From an uncultured Oxalobacteraceae bacterium (lineage in GTDB: Bacteria; Pseudomonadota; Gammaproteobacteria; Burkholderiales; Burkholderiaceae_D), in assembly GCA_965650445.1 (NCBI GenBank), contig CBFGOU010000001.1, positions 4,095-68,094 of the forward strand: a DNA stretch of 64,000 nt, given 5' to 3'. Below are positions 10,818 to 19,010 of the stretch, one piece after another (within the stretch, counting starts at the first letter, position 1; each line of letters starts with the position of its first letter). The translations under genes were made by a program, and so were the position numbers. Below the pieces are notes generated by a model. It was given only the letters and a program-made list of their open reading frames with translations. It had not been told where the DNA came from and ran no database searches.

Positions 10818-11482
10818 AAGAGCGAGAGGTGATTGCGTCCAAGACGCTGGCCAGTGCACGCAGCCTGTTTGAAGAGACACTCGCACGCGAATCATCCAGG
10901 CAGAAATGGGAGCGCTTGTTCGTCAAATATCCGTACGCGTTGACGACCTTGCTGCCTCTGGCCGTTTACCCTGAGCACATCGTTCCAAGCGAATGCAGCG
11001 GTGAACTTCCTGTCGATATGGTTTTCTATTCACGTGACGATGGCGTTGCGCGTTACGGCGCGGTCGAACTAGACAGCCCAGGGGTGCTCGCCGAAGCACC
11101 AGCCCGGACCAGGATCGCAGGCCTGGCCGGCGACTCCGGGAACGCCATTCTCGAATTGCAGAGTCGAATTGTCCCAGGCAAAGAACTACATCATTCGAAG
11201 CGGAACGTCGTGTGTGTGGGTAACCGCTCGATTCTTTTTTTCGTCTTCGGTATTGAGGACGATCTTTACCCAATGCTTGTGGCGGAGTGGGGGCGCGAGG
11301 GGGCACTTCCCCGAACGCTTCAACTCGTGCCCTTCGAATTCCTGCGCCGGCTTTTTACCTTGAACGTGAAACCCCAGATCCTGCTCCTCGGACCCGACCG
11401 CCGGCAAGGTACCAACAGCGCAGAGTTCAGACTCACACCCGAACCCGAAATCGACGACTTGAGCAGCACGCGCTGTGGCTAG
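10814..11482 (+). CDS. hypothetical protein resembling a degenerate Shedu/DUF4263 PD-(D/E)xK domain
   Basis: QKWERLFVKYPYAL, VDMVFY...AVELDSP, LQLVPFEFLRR resemble DUF4263 blocks; AAGGAG RBS; ATGA overlap. Confidence 0.5.
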   Translation: MKEREVIASKTLASARSLFEETLARESSRQKWERLFVKYPYALTTLLPLAVYPEHIVPSECSGELPVDMVFYSRDDGVARYGAVELDSPGVLAEAPARTRIAGLAGDSGNAILELQSRIVPGKELHHSKRNVVCVGNRSILFFVFGIEDDLYPMLVAEWGREGALPRTLQLVPFEFLRRLFTLNVKPQILLLGPDRRQGTNSAEFRLTPEPEIDDLSSTRCG

Positions 11483-11619
11483 ACGGAGGGTATTTTCGCT
11501 ACTTGAGTGAGGTGGTTTGCAGCGCCATCCGCACCGCCGCCGCATATGCATCCGATTCCTGCCCACGCCTCAGATCACCATGCTAGAGTTGGTCACCATC
11601 AACATGTCCGTCAACTCTC

Positions 11620-13077
11620 ATGCATGCAACTCGCACTCGACTCGCGGCATCGCTCGCCCTGCTGGCGTTCTGCCTGCCCTCCTTCGCCCGCGACACGCTC
11701 GAAGAACGCATTGCGCGGGTAGAAAACGGATTGCGTCCGGCTATTGCCATCAAGGGCCGGGCTGCCAACACGTCAAAGCTTGCCGACCGCATGGCCGCCC
11801 TCAAGGTGCCGGGTGTGAGCGTCGCGGTGATTAACGGCGGGACGATCGAGTGGGCGCGCGGATACGGTCTGGCCGAAGCCGGCACCACGCGCATGGTCAC
11901 GCCGGACACCCTGTTCCAGGCCGCCTCGATCAGCAAGCCAGTGGCGGCGATTGGCGCGTTGCGCCTGGTCGAACAAGGCAAGCTGTCACTGGACGAAGAC
12001 GTCAACGTCAAGCTGCAAACATGGAAGCTGCCGCCGGGTGCGCAAAGCGCCGACAACGCAGTCACATTGCGCAAACTCCTCAACCACAGCGCGGGCACAA
12101 CCGTGCATGGCTTTCGCGGCTACGCGCGCGGCGAGCCGGTGCCGACGCTGATTGAAGTACTGAACGGCACCAAGCCAGCCAACTCCGCCGCGGTCCGGGT
12201 CGACACCAGGCCGGGCGAAACCTGGCGCTATTCGGGCGGCGGGCTGAGCATCGTCCAGCTGTTGATGTCTACCGCATCGGGCAAGGACTTCGCGCCGCTG
12301 ATGAAAGACAGCGTGCTCGATCCTCTGGCCATGAAACACAGCACCTTTCAGCAGCCGCTGCCACCGGCCTTGCATGCGCAGGCGGCGACCGGCCACGATC
12401 AGCAGGGCGCACCAATCAAAGGCAAATGGCACACCTACCCGGAGCAGGCCGCCGCTGGCCTGTGGAGCACGCCGTCCGACCTGGCACGCTATGCGATCGA
12501 ACTGCAAAATGCCAGTGCGGGCAGGTCGAACAAGGTGATTTCCGCAGCGATGGCCAAGCAAATGCTCACGCGCCTGAAGGGAGATTACGGCCTGGGTATC
12601 GCCGTCGGCGGTGCGATGAATGTGCCGACCTTTAGCCACGCCGGCTCCAATGAAGGCTTCAAGGCGATGCTGTTCGCCTACACCAGCACCGGCCAAGGGG
12701 CGGTCATCATGACCAACGGCGACCTGGGCGGAGCGCTGGTGCCCGAGATTTTACGCAGCCTTTCAGCGGAATACGGCTGGTCCGATTACCGCGTCAACGA
12801 ACGGGTTCTCGCCTCCGTCGACAGCAAACTGTACGCCGCCTATGCCGGCAATTACCGGGTCGGTGGCGTGCCGATCACTGTCACCCGCGAAGGCCAGCGC
12901 CTGTTCATCCAGGCGCCACCGCTGGGCGCCGAGCGTGTCGAACTGTTCCCCGCCAGCAATACCAGCTTCTTCGCCCTGATCGAGCAGGCCGAATTCAGGT
13001 TTGAAAAGGACGCCGCCGGTGCGCAGGAACTGGTCATCAAGGCTGGCAACACCATCCGGGCAAAGCGCGTGCCGTAA
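11620..13077 (+). CDS. serine hydrolase (beta-lactamase/AmpC family) with C-terminal DUF3471-like domain, secreted
   Basis: Signal peptide; SISK (SxxK), LLNHSAG, YSG, HAG motifs. Confidence 0.9.
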   Translation: MHATRTRLAASLALLAFCLPSFARDTLEERIARVENGLRPAIAIKGRAANTSKLADRMAALKVPGVSVAVINGGTIEWARGYGLAEAGTTRMVTPDTLFQAASISKPVAAIGALRLVEQGKLSLDEDVNVKLQTWKLPPGAQSADNAVTLRKLLNHSAGTTVHGFRGYARGEPVPTLIEVLNGTKPANSAAVRVDTRPGETWRYSGGGLSIVQLLMSTASGKDFAPLMKDSVLDPLAMKHSTFQQPLPPALHAQAATGHDQQGAPIKGKWHTYPEQAAAGLWSTPSDLARYAIELQNASAGRSNKVISAAMAKQMLTRLKGDYGLGIAVGGAMNVPTFSHAGSNEGFKAMLFAYTSTGQGAVIMTNGDLGGALVPEILRSLSAEYGWSDYRVNERVLASVDSKLYAAYAGNYRVGGVPITVTREGQRLFIQAPPLGAERVELFPASNTSFFALIEQAEFRFEKDAAGAQELVIKAGNTIRAKRVP

Positions 13078-13317
13078 AAGCGCGTGCCTTCAACCGGGCA
13101 GACAGCTTATTGCGCAAGCGTCCCGATGGCGTCGCTCCCATGCCGCCCTGAAACTATGCACAAAATGTAAGCATTCCTCAAATTAAATTTTCCAAAACTC
13201 CACTCTCACATGGTTTAAATTTTGTCAAAGCGAGCTCACCCATGCGCGCTAACGTCGTCATAGGCCGCGAACGAGCCCTGCGGCCTAAATCTCAGCGGCT
13301 CGATGAGGAGAAGCATC

Positions 13318-13815
13318 ATGGGTACCGAGAAAGACAATGACGATCACGACAAGGACTGCCACGACAAGCATGACAAGTGTCGTGACCATTGCCACGATCA
13401 CGACCACGACCACGACGATTGCAAGAAGAAGGACGACTGCAAGAAGCGTGACTGCGACGACTGGAAGTACAGCGAGCACTACAAGTATCGCGAGTACACC
13501 AAGTATCGCGAGCACGACGACGACAAGTGCCACGACGACCACAAGAAGGGCCGGCACTACCAGTCGCACCACATCCACGAGCTGGAAAAAACCATCAGGG
13601 CCCTGGCCGACGCGCTGGCAGCCCTCGGGCGCGGCGCCCACCTGCATGAATTGCTGCGCCTCATACATCAGCCCGGATGGACCACACCGGCCGAACTCGC
13701 CTTCGTCAATGCGATCCTCGACCACATCAGCGTCGACGTGCGCGCGCTAGACCGGCTGCAAGCCGATCTGGTGGAAGCCAGCAGGAAAGTTGTGAAAGTC
13801 CGGGACCGCGACTAG
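13318..13815 (+). CDS. His/Asp/Cys/Lys-rich protein with helical C-terminal domain
   Basis: GAGGAG RBS; low-complexity HDHDHDDCKK N-terminus; C-terminal IHQPGWTTPAE. Confidence 0.7.
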   Translation: MGTEKDNDDHDKDCHDKHDKCRDHCHDHDHDHDDCKKKDDCKKRDCDDWKYSEHYKYREYTKYREHDDDKCHDDHKKGRHYQSHHIHELEKTIRALADALAALGRGAHLHELLRLIHQPGWTTPAELAFVNAILDHISVDVRALDRLQADLVEASRKVVKVRDRD

Positions 13816-13880
13816 GCGCCCTGCCGCCCGCCCGCACCCGAAGGGCCTGGCATGTTCCTGGCCCGCGGGTGCCGGCGGGT

Positions 13881-15239
13881 TTATTTCGCCAACAAATTAT
13901 TCACCGGCACCAGATCAGCTTCGCGCAGCGAACCGGCGGCCGCCTTCAGGCGCAGACCGTTGACGATGGTGTCGTAACGCGCCCGCGCCAGATCGCGGCG
14001 GGTCGAGTACAGCTGGCGCTGGGCGTTGAGCACGTCGATATTGATCCGCACGCCAACCTGGTATCCCAGCTTGTTCGATTCCAGCGCCGAGGTGCTGGAC
14101 ACTTCCGCCGCCTGCAGCGCCTTGACCTGCGCCAGGCCGCTATTGACGCCCAGGAAAGCCTGGCGCGCGCTCAGTGCGGCGTTGCGGCGCGTGCTCTCCA
14201 GATCCTGGCGGGCTTTTTCTTCCAGCGCGATGGTTTCGCGCACCCGGCTGGTCACGGCAAACCCGCTGAAGATCGGCACGTTCCACTGCACGCCGATCGC
14301 CTTGCTATCGGTCGTACCGGCACCGCTGAGCTGGCCGCTGACCTTGTTGCGGCTGGCGCTGGCGATCAGGTCCAGGGTCGGATAATGGCCGGCACGGCTC
14401 TTCTGGATTTCGCGCTTGGCCATTTCATAATTGAGCTGGGCGCTGGTCACGCCATAGTTCGCGCTTTCCGCCGACGACACCCACGGATCGATCACCGCAG
14501 GTTCGGGCGCGGCCAGCACCACGCTCGGCTTGAGCGGCGCCAGCCCGGACGGCGCGCTACCGATGATGGCCTGCAAGGCGCTGCGCTTGTTTTCCAGATC
14601 GTTCTGGGCGGCGTATTCCTGCGCCACCACCAGATCGTAGGCCGCTTGCGCCTCGTGGGTATCGGTAATGGTCTGGGTGCCGACTTCAAAGTTGCGCTTG
14701 GCCGATGCCAGCTGCTCGGTGGTGGCGGTCTTTTGGGCGCGGGTCAGTTCGAGCGTGTCCTGCGCGGCCAGCACGTCGAAGTACGCCTGCGCCACGCGGG
14801 TGATCAGGTCCTGCTGGGCCTGGGCGAAGGCGGCTTCGGCAGCGGCCGCCTGCAGCTTGCTCTGCTCGTAAGTCTGCCAGTTAGCCCAGCGGAACAGCGG
14901 CTGCACCAGCGAGATGGTGGCCTGGCTCGAATGGTTGTTCACGCTGCCGCCCAGGACGGTCGTGCTGGTGCCGTTCGGCAGCAGGATCGTCTGGCCCTCG
15001 TTGAACGGCGAGGAATCGGTATCGTTCTTGGTGTAATTACCGCTGGCCTGCACCGATGGCAGCAATTGCGAACGCCCCTGCGGTACCCGCTCGCGGCCTG
15101 CAGCCAGCGATGCGCGCGCACTGGCGTAGGCAGCGTCGTTGGCCAGCGCTTGCTGGTAGACCTGAATCAGGTCCGCGGCCTGTGCGTCCAGCGTCAGAAA
15201 AGCGCTGGCAATCAGCACGGCGAGTAGGGGTTTCTGCAT
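13881..15239 (-). CDS. tolC: TolC family outer membrane protein
   Basis: Signal peptide, ADLIQVYQQAL, VAQAYFDVL, YQVGVRINIDVLNAQ. Confidence 0.93.
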   Translation of the reverse strand: MQKPLLAVLIASAFLTLDAQAADLIQVYQQALANDAAYASARASLAAGRERVPQGRSQLLPSVQASGNYTKNDTDSSPFNEGQTILLPNGTSTTVLGGSVNNHSSQATISLVQPLFRWANWQTYEQSKLQAAAAEAAFAQAQQDLITRVAQAYFDVLAAQDTLELTRAQKTATTEQLASAKRNFEVGTQTITDTHEAQAAYDLVVAQEYAAQNDLENKRSALQAIIGSAPSGLAPLKPSVVLAAPEPAVIDPWVSSAESANYGVTSAQLNYEMAKREIQKSRAGHYPTLDLIASASRNKVSGQLSGAGTTDSKAIGVQWNVPIFSGFAVTSRVRETIALEEKARQDLESTRRNAALSARQAFLGVNSGLAQVKALQAAEVSSTSALESNKLGYQVGVRINIDVLNAQRQLYSTRRDLARARYDTIVNGLRLKAAAGSLREADLVPVNNLLAK

Positions 15240-15319
15240 TGCATTCTCCATCGGAGTCATCAAAAAAGTTAAGAAACAAAAAACCGAAGTGGTTCCAATC
15301 CCGCCGTACCGAGCCGCGC

Positions 15320-15643
15320 TCAGTACTTCGGCATTGCGCTGTCGACCTGCACAGCCCAGGCGTGCACGCCGCCTGTCAAATTAGTCACGCTGGTGAAGCC
15401 ATTGCGCTCCAGGAAAGCGGCAACGTTTGCGCTGCGTGCGCCGTGATGGCAGATGCAAACGATCTCGGCGTCGTCGTCAAGCTCCTGCATCCGCGCCGGA
15501 ATCGAATTCATCGGAATCTGCACCGAGCCGTCGATCTTGCACGTCTCAAATTCCCAGTTCTCGCGCACGTCCAGCAGCAGCGGACGCGGGCGCGCCGGGT
15601 CGGCCAGCCAGGCGGCCAGTTCGGGGGCGGTCACGTGGTTCAT
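15320..15643 (-). CDS. rhodanese-like sulfurtransferase
   Basis: LLDVRE, CHHGARS, NLTGG. Confidence 0.92.
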   Translation of the reverse strand: MNHVTAPELAAWLADPARPRPLLLDVRENWEFETCKIDGSVQIPMNSIPARMQELDDDAEIVCICHHGARSANVAAFLERNGFTSVTNLTGGVHAWAVQVDSAMPKY

Positions 15644-15653
15644 GCCGTGCCGA

Positions 15654-16307
15654 TCAGAACGTGAAGTGCGAAGGCTTGACCGCGGCCTTCAGGTATTTCA
15701 CATTGGTCTCGAACACTTTGACGGTGTCGTAGGCGGTCTCGGTCACGCGGGTAATGATCTGGGCCGACATGGCGGGCGCCTGGCCGATGATGGCGGCGAT
15801 GCGCCCGCCCACCTTCACCTGCTTGAGGAACGCTTCCGGCAGCACTTCGAGCGCGCCGGAAATGACGATCACGTCGTACGGCGCGCCGCGGCCGAAGCCT
15901 TCGGAGCCGTCGGCTTGTTCAACCGTGACATTGCTAACGCCGGCCTCGCTCAGATTCTTCTCGGCCATCGCCTTCAGTTCAGGCAGGATTTCGACGGTGG
16001 TCACGTGGCGTGCCTTGTGCGCCAGCAGCGCGGCCATATAGCCCGAGCCGGTGCCGATTTCCAGCACGTTTTCGTGCTTTTTAACGCCCACTTCCTGCAT
16101 GATGCGCGCTTCGAGCTTGGGCGTGAACATGGTTTCGCCGGCCGCCAGCGGAATTTCGGTATCGACAAAGGCCAGGTTTTGGTAGGCGGCGGGCACGAAT
16201 TGTTCGCGTTTGACCACCAGCAGCAGATCGAGCACATCCTGGTCGAGCACGTTCCATGGACGGATTTGCTGTTCGATCATGTTAAAACGGGCTTGTTCGA
16301 TATTCAT
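15654..16307 (-). CDS. pcm: protein-L-isoaspartate O-methyltransferase family
   Basis: ARFNMIEQQIRPW, VLEIGTGSGY, APYDVI. Confidence 0.92.
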   Translation of the reverse strand: MNIEQARFNMIEQQIRPWNVLDQDVLDLLLVVKREQFVPAAYQNLAFVDTEIPLAAGETMFTPKLEARIMQEVGVKKHENVLEIGTGSGYMAALLAHKARHVTTVEILPELKAMAEKNLSEAGVSNVTVEQADGSEGFGRGAPYDVIVISGALEVLPEAFLKQVKVGGRIAAIIGQAPAMSAQIITRVTETAYDTVKVFETNVKYLKAAVKPSHFTF

Positions 16308-16468
16308 CTTTTGTACTCGGCGGAAAAATAATAATCCGATATTTTATCGTTGAACGGCCATGGAAGGCACATCTTAACGACATGGCCCTATAGAGGGAGG
16401 AAATTGCGACAGTCTGCAGTTTGGAGGGAATGAACGCTCGAAAACGCCGACTTGGCGTTTTTGCCACA

Positions 16469-17119
16469 TCACTGGGCCGGCGCCGGGTTGGCGACGATCC
16501 CGTGCAGGGTCACGTCGAGGAAGGTATTGATGTAGACGACAGGGTCGAGGTCGGGCACGCCGCAGACACCCTGCAAATGCTTCCAGGTCACCAGCATGAG
16601 CAGCGGCGCGATCAGCACGCTGACCATGGTGCTGACGTCCATGGGGCGGAATTCGCCGCGCTCGATGCCGCTTTTGAGCATGCCTTCGACCAGCACCGTC
16701 CAGCGCTGGATCACTTCCTCTTGGTAAAACTGGGCCAGATCGGGAAAATTGCCGGACTCGGCCATCATCAGCTTGACGATGCCGGACGCCTTGGTGCAGC
16801 CGAAGCTCTCCCACCAGCCGCTCATCACGCTGCGCAGCAGCTCGGCGCTGCCGCCTTCGAAGGCGGCCACTTCCAGCTCGACTTCGCCCAGGCGCGGCAC
16901 GATGTTTTCGCGCACCACGGCCTTGAACAGGTCTTCCTTGTTCTCGAAGTATAAGTACAGGGTGCCTTTGGACACCCCTGCCCGCTTGGCCACATCCTCC
17001 AGCCGCGTGGACGCGAAACCGCGCTCGACGAACAGGTCGAGGGCTGCAGTCAGCAATTCCTGCGGGCGCGCGTCTTTACGGCGTTCCCAGCGGCGCTTTA
17101 ACTCGAGTGGGCATTGCAT
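16469..17119 (-). CDS. TetR/AcrR family regulator
   Basis: GFASTRLEDVAKRAGVSKGTLYLYFENKEDLF HTH; heads the pcm-rhodanese-tolC operon. Confidence 0.95.
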   Translation of the reverse strand: MQCPLELKRRWERRKDARPQELLTAALDLFVERGFASTRLEDVAKRAGVSKGTLYLYFENKEDLFKAVVRENIVPRLGEVELEVAAFEGGSAELLRSVMSGWWESFGCTKASGIVKLMMAESGNFPDLAQFYQEEVIQRWTVLVEGMLKSGIERGEFRPMDVSTMVSVLIAPLLMLVTWKHLQGVCGVPDLDPVVYINTFLDVTLHGIVANPAPAQ

Positions 17120-17132
17120 CGGGTCGATTCCG

Positions 17133-17181
17133 TAACTTACTGGCGAGTCATTAATATAGACGCGCGGTTGAGCAGCGTCAA
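17133..17181 (-). promoter_or_regulatory. sigma70 promoter of tetR with adjacent imperfect inverted repeat (probable TetR operator)
   Basis: Minus strand TTGACG (17181-17176), 17-bp spacer, TATATT (17158-17153); imperfect IR TAACTTACTGGCGAGTCATTA at 17133-17153. Confidence 0.65.
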
Positions 17182-17191
17182 GCCAGTTCGT

Positions 17192-17272
17192 TGTTCCGTC
17201 CTAATAGAACCTCGAACAGAACAATAGAGCCTTGAATGGGTAAAAGCCGCCAAACAAAAGAATCGTGAATAG
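17192..17272 (+). repeat. tnsA-proximal transposon end with three TnsB-binding repeats
   Basis: CTAATAGAACCTCGAACAG (17201), ACAATAGAGCCTTGAATGG (17221), ACAAAAGAATCGTGAATAG (17254). Confidence 0.8.
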
Positions 17273-17395
17273 CTGATGACCATGTTTTTGCTGACCAGCA
17301 ACAGGGGCGAAGCACCGAGGATAGTCGGTTGACAAAGGAGATTTTGTGTCCATAAAATATCAATTAATAGAACTACTAACTACCGAGACTAGAGT

Positions 17396-17836
17396 ATGAG
17401 CCCGTTTTCGACGGCATTCCGAGAGTTGAGGGTATTCTGCGGCCGGCGCCAGGCAGACTTTGCCGAACAGCTGGGCTATGAGCAGAGCTACATCTCCGCC
17501 ATTGAATTAGGGACGAAAGGACCGCCGACAGAGGCGTTTATTGAGCGACTCGTCGAGCGCCTCAATCTCGACGACGGATGGGAAAGCCGCCTTCGAAACG
17601 CACTGGAAGAATCGCAGCGCAAGATCGTGCTTCCCAATGAGGCGAGCGAAAGCGTCTTCCGAATGTTCAACGAACTGCGACGCCAGCTTGAAACGCTTCA
17701 CCCCGCCCAGATCGAGCTGATGCAAATGGCTTTACGACTCCCCCAGTCGATGTCACAGCAACCGTCCAAAGCAACCTTTCCTCCTCGGCGACGGATCGCG
17801 CGTAGCAAGGAGACTGCGGATTCCACGCCTGAATGA
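17396..17836 (+). CDS. XRE-family HTH regulator at the head of the tns operon
   Basis: QADFAEQLGYEQSYISAIELGTKGP. Confidence 0.85.
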   Translation: MSPFSTAFRELRVFCGRRQADFAEQLGYEQSYISAIELGTKGPPTEAFIERLVERLNLDDGWESRLRNALEESQRKIVLPNEASESVFRMFNELRRQLETLHPAQIELMQMALRLPQSMSQQPSKATFPPRRRIARSKETADSTPE

Positions 17837-18011
17837 CCACAACCGCACGAGTTGCCCTTACAGTCGGCTGAAAGTTCCTCCAACACTGCCATAACCAGCG
17901 CTATATCTATAAAAGTAGAAGTTTATACGTCTAACGTTTGTATTTTTACAAACATTGCTCTATGATGAACATGGGGTTTTCAGCAATGATGCCGTAGAGA
18001 CGGGAGCGGCT

Positions 18012-19010
18012 ATGGCGGCAGCAACTTTGAGGAGCAATAGTGCTGAGTTCGACGAGTCGTCCGACCACTGGATTTTGCCAACTGAACCGACACCAAAGAG
18101 GCGTCGGCCGGCGGCAATGACCTATGCCAAGCTTCGCCAACGTATCCAGTTGGGGCACGGAACGGGGCACCGTGATCGATATCTGCCATGGCTGACTTTG
18201 CGCCGAAAAAATGTCTCGCCAAATTCGAATCAGGTGGTCTCGTGGATGCCGCCGCTGGGGCGTACCGCGCATTACTTCTCGGCAGGCGAGTATCACACCG
18301 CCTTGCTGCTGCTGTGGCTAGGGGTACACGACCTCCGGGAGCAATTTCCCCTTTGGCCCTCCCCACATCCCCACCCGCTTTACGGGTCGCCACTGCTCGC
18401 CGGCTCTTGCGATCGCTGGTCCGAGGGGTTGTTGGCAATTGCAACGAAGTCAGGGATCAAGCATGGCGTTGAAGTCGGAACGCGAGTGCCCTACGTTGCC
18501 AGCCTCGATTTGCTTGCGACAGTTTCGCTCCGGAGCGGGCCTGCGCTCATGGCCTTTTCTTCCAAGCCCATCGAAAAGGCGAATGCAAAGGTCTCATGGC
18601 GCACCCTCGAGCGTTTGGAACTTGAACGGCGTTACGCCGAAGAGATTGGCGCATCTTATTTCGTGTCGCATTCGGCCCTTATCCCACGCTTGACGGCTGG
18701 GCAACTGGAAAGCTGGTTGGATGCGTCGACACTTGCTTCGGCGCCTGAGCTTGCGTCCTATGTACCAAGCTTTGCCGAGTGCATAAACGCAACCTCGCGC
18801 GATCCGCTCAATGTAGCAGTCAAAGCGGCCGCGAGGAATCTGTCCCTCCCGCTGGATGTCGCTTGGTTTTTGTTCAGACACTGTTGCTGGACCCAGGCTA
18901 TCGACATTGATCCATCGAAACGCATCTTAACGTCGAAGGGGGCGATTCCGGGCGGCCGCCATTTGCGGCAACAGTTGCGCAAACGCCTTTTCGGGGAGAC
19001 CTGGGAATGA
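18012..19010 (+). CDS. tnsA: TnsA-like endonuclease (start uncertain, 17955-18117)
   Basis: GHGTGHRDRYLPWL, HYFSAGE, DLREQFPL, LDLL, TLERLELERRY. Confidence 0.85.
   Translation: MAAATLRSNSAEFDESSDHWILPTEPTPKRRRPAAMTYAKLRQRIQLGHGTGHRDRYLPWLTLRRKNVSPNSNQVVSWMPPLGRTAHYFSAGEYHTALLLLWLGVHDLREQFPLWPSPHPHPLYGSPLLAGSCDRWSEGLLAIATKSGIKHGVEVGTRVPYVASLDLLATVSLRSGPALMAFSSKPIEKANAKVSWRTLERLELERRYAEEIGASYFVSHSALIPRLTAGQLESWLDASTLASAPELASYVPSFAECINATSRDPLNVAVKAAARNLSLPLDVAWFLFRHCCWTQAIDIDPSKRILTSKGAIPGGRHLRQQLRKRLFGETWE

Noticed and set aside
11620-13077. True beta-lactamase
   Set aside because: YSG and HAG replace the AmpC YxN and KTG motifs; generic serine hydrolase
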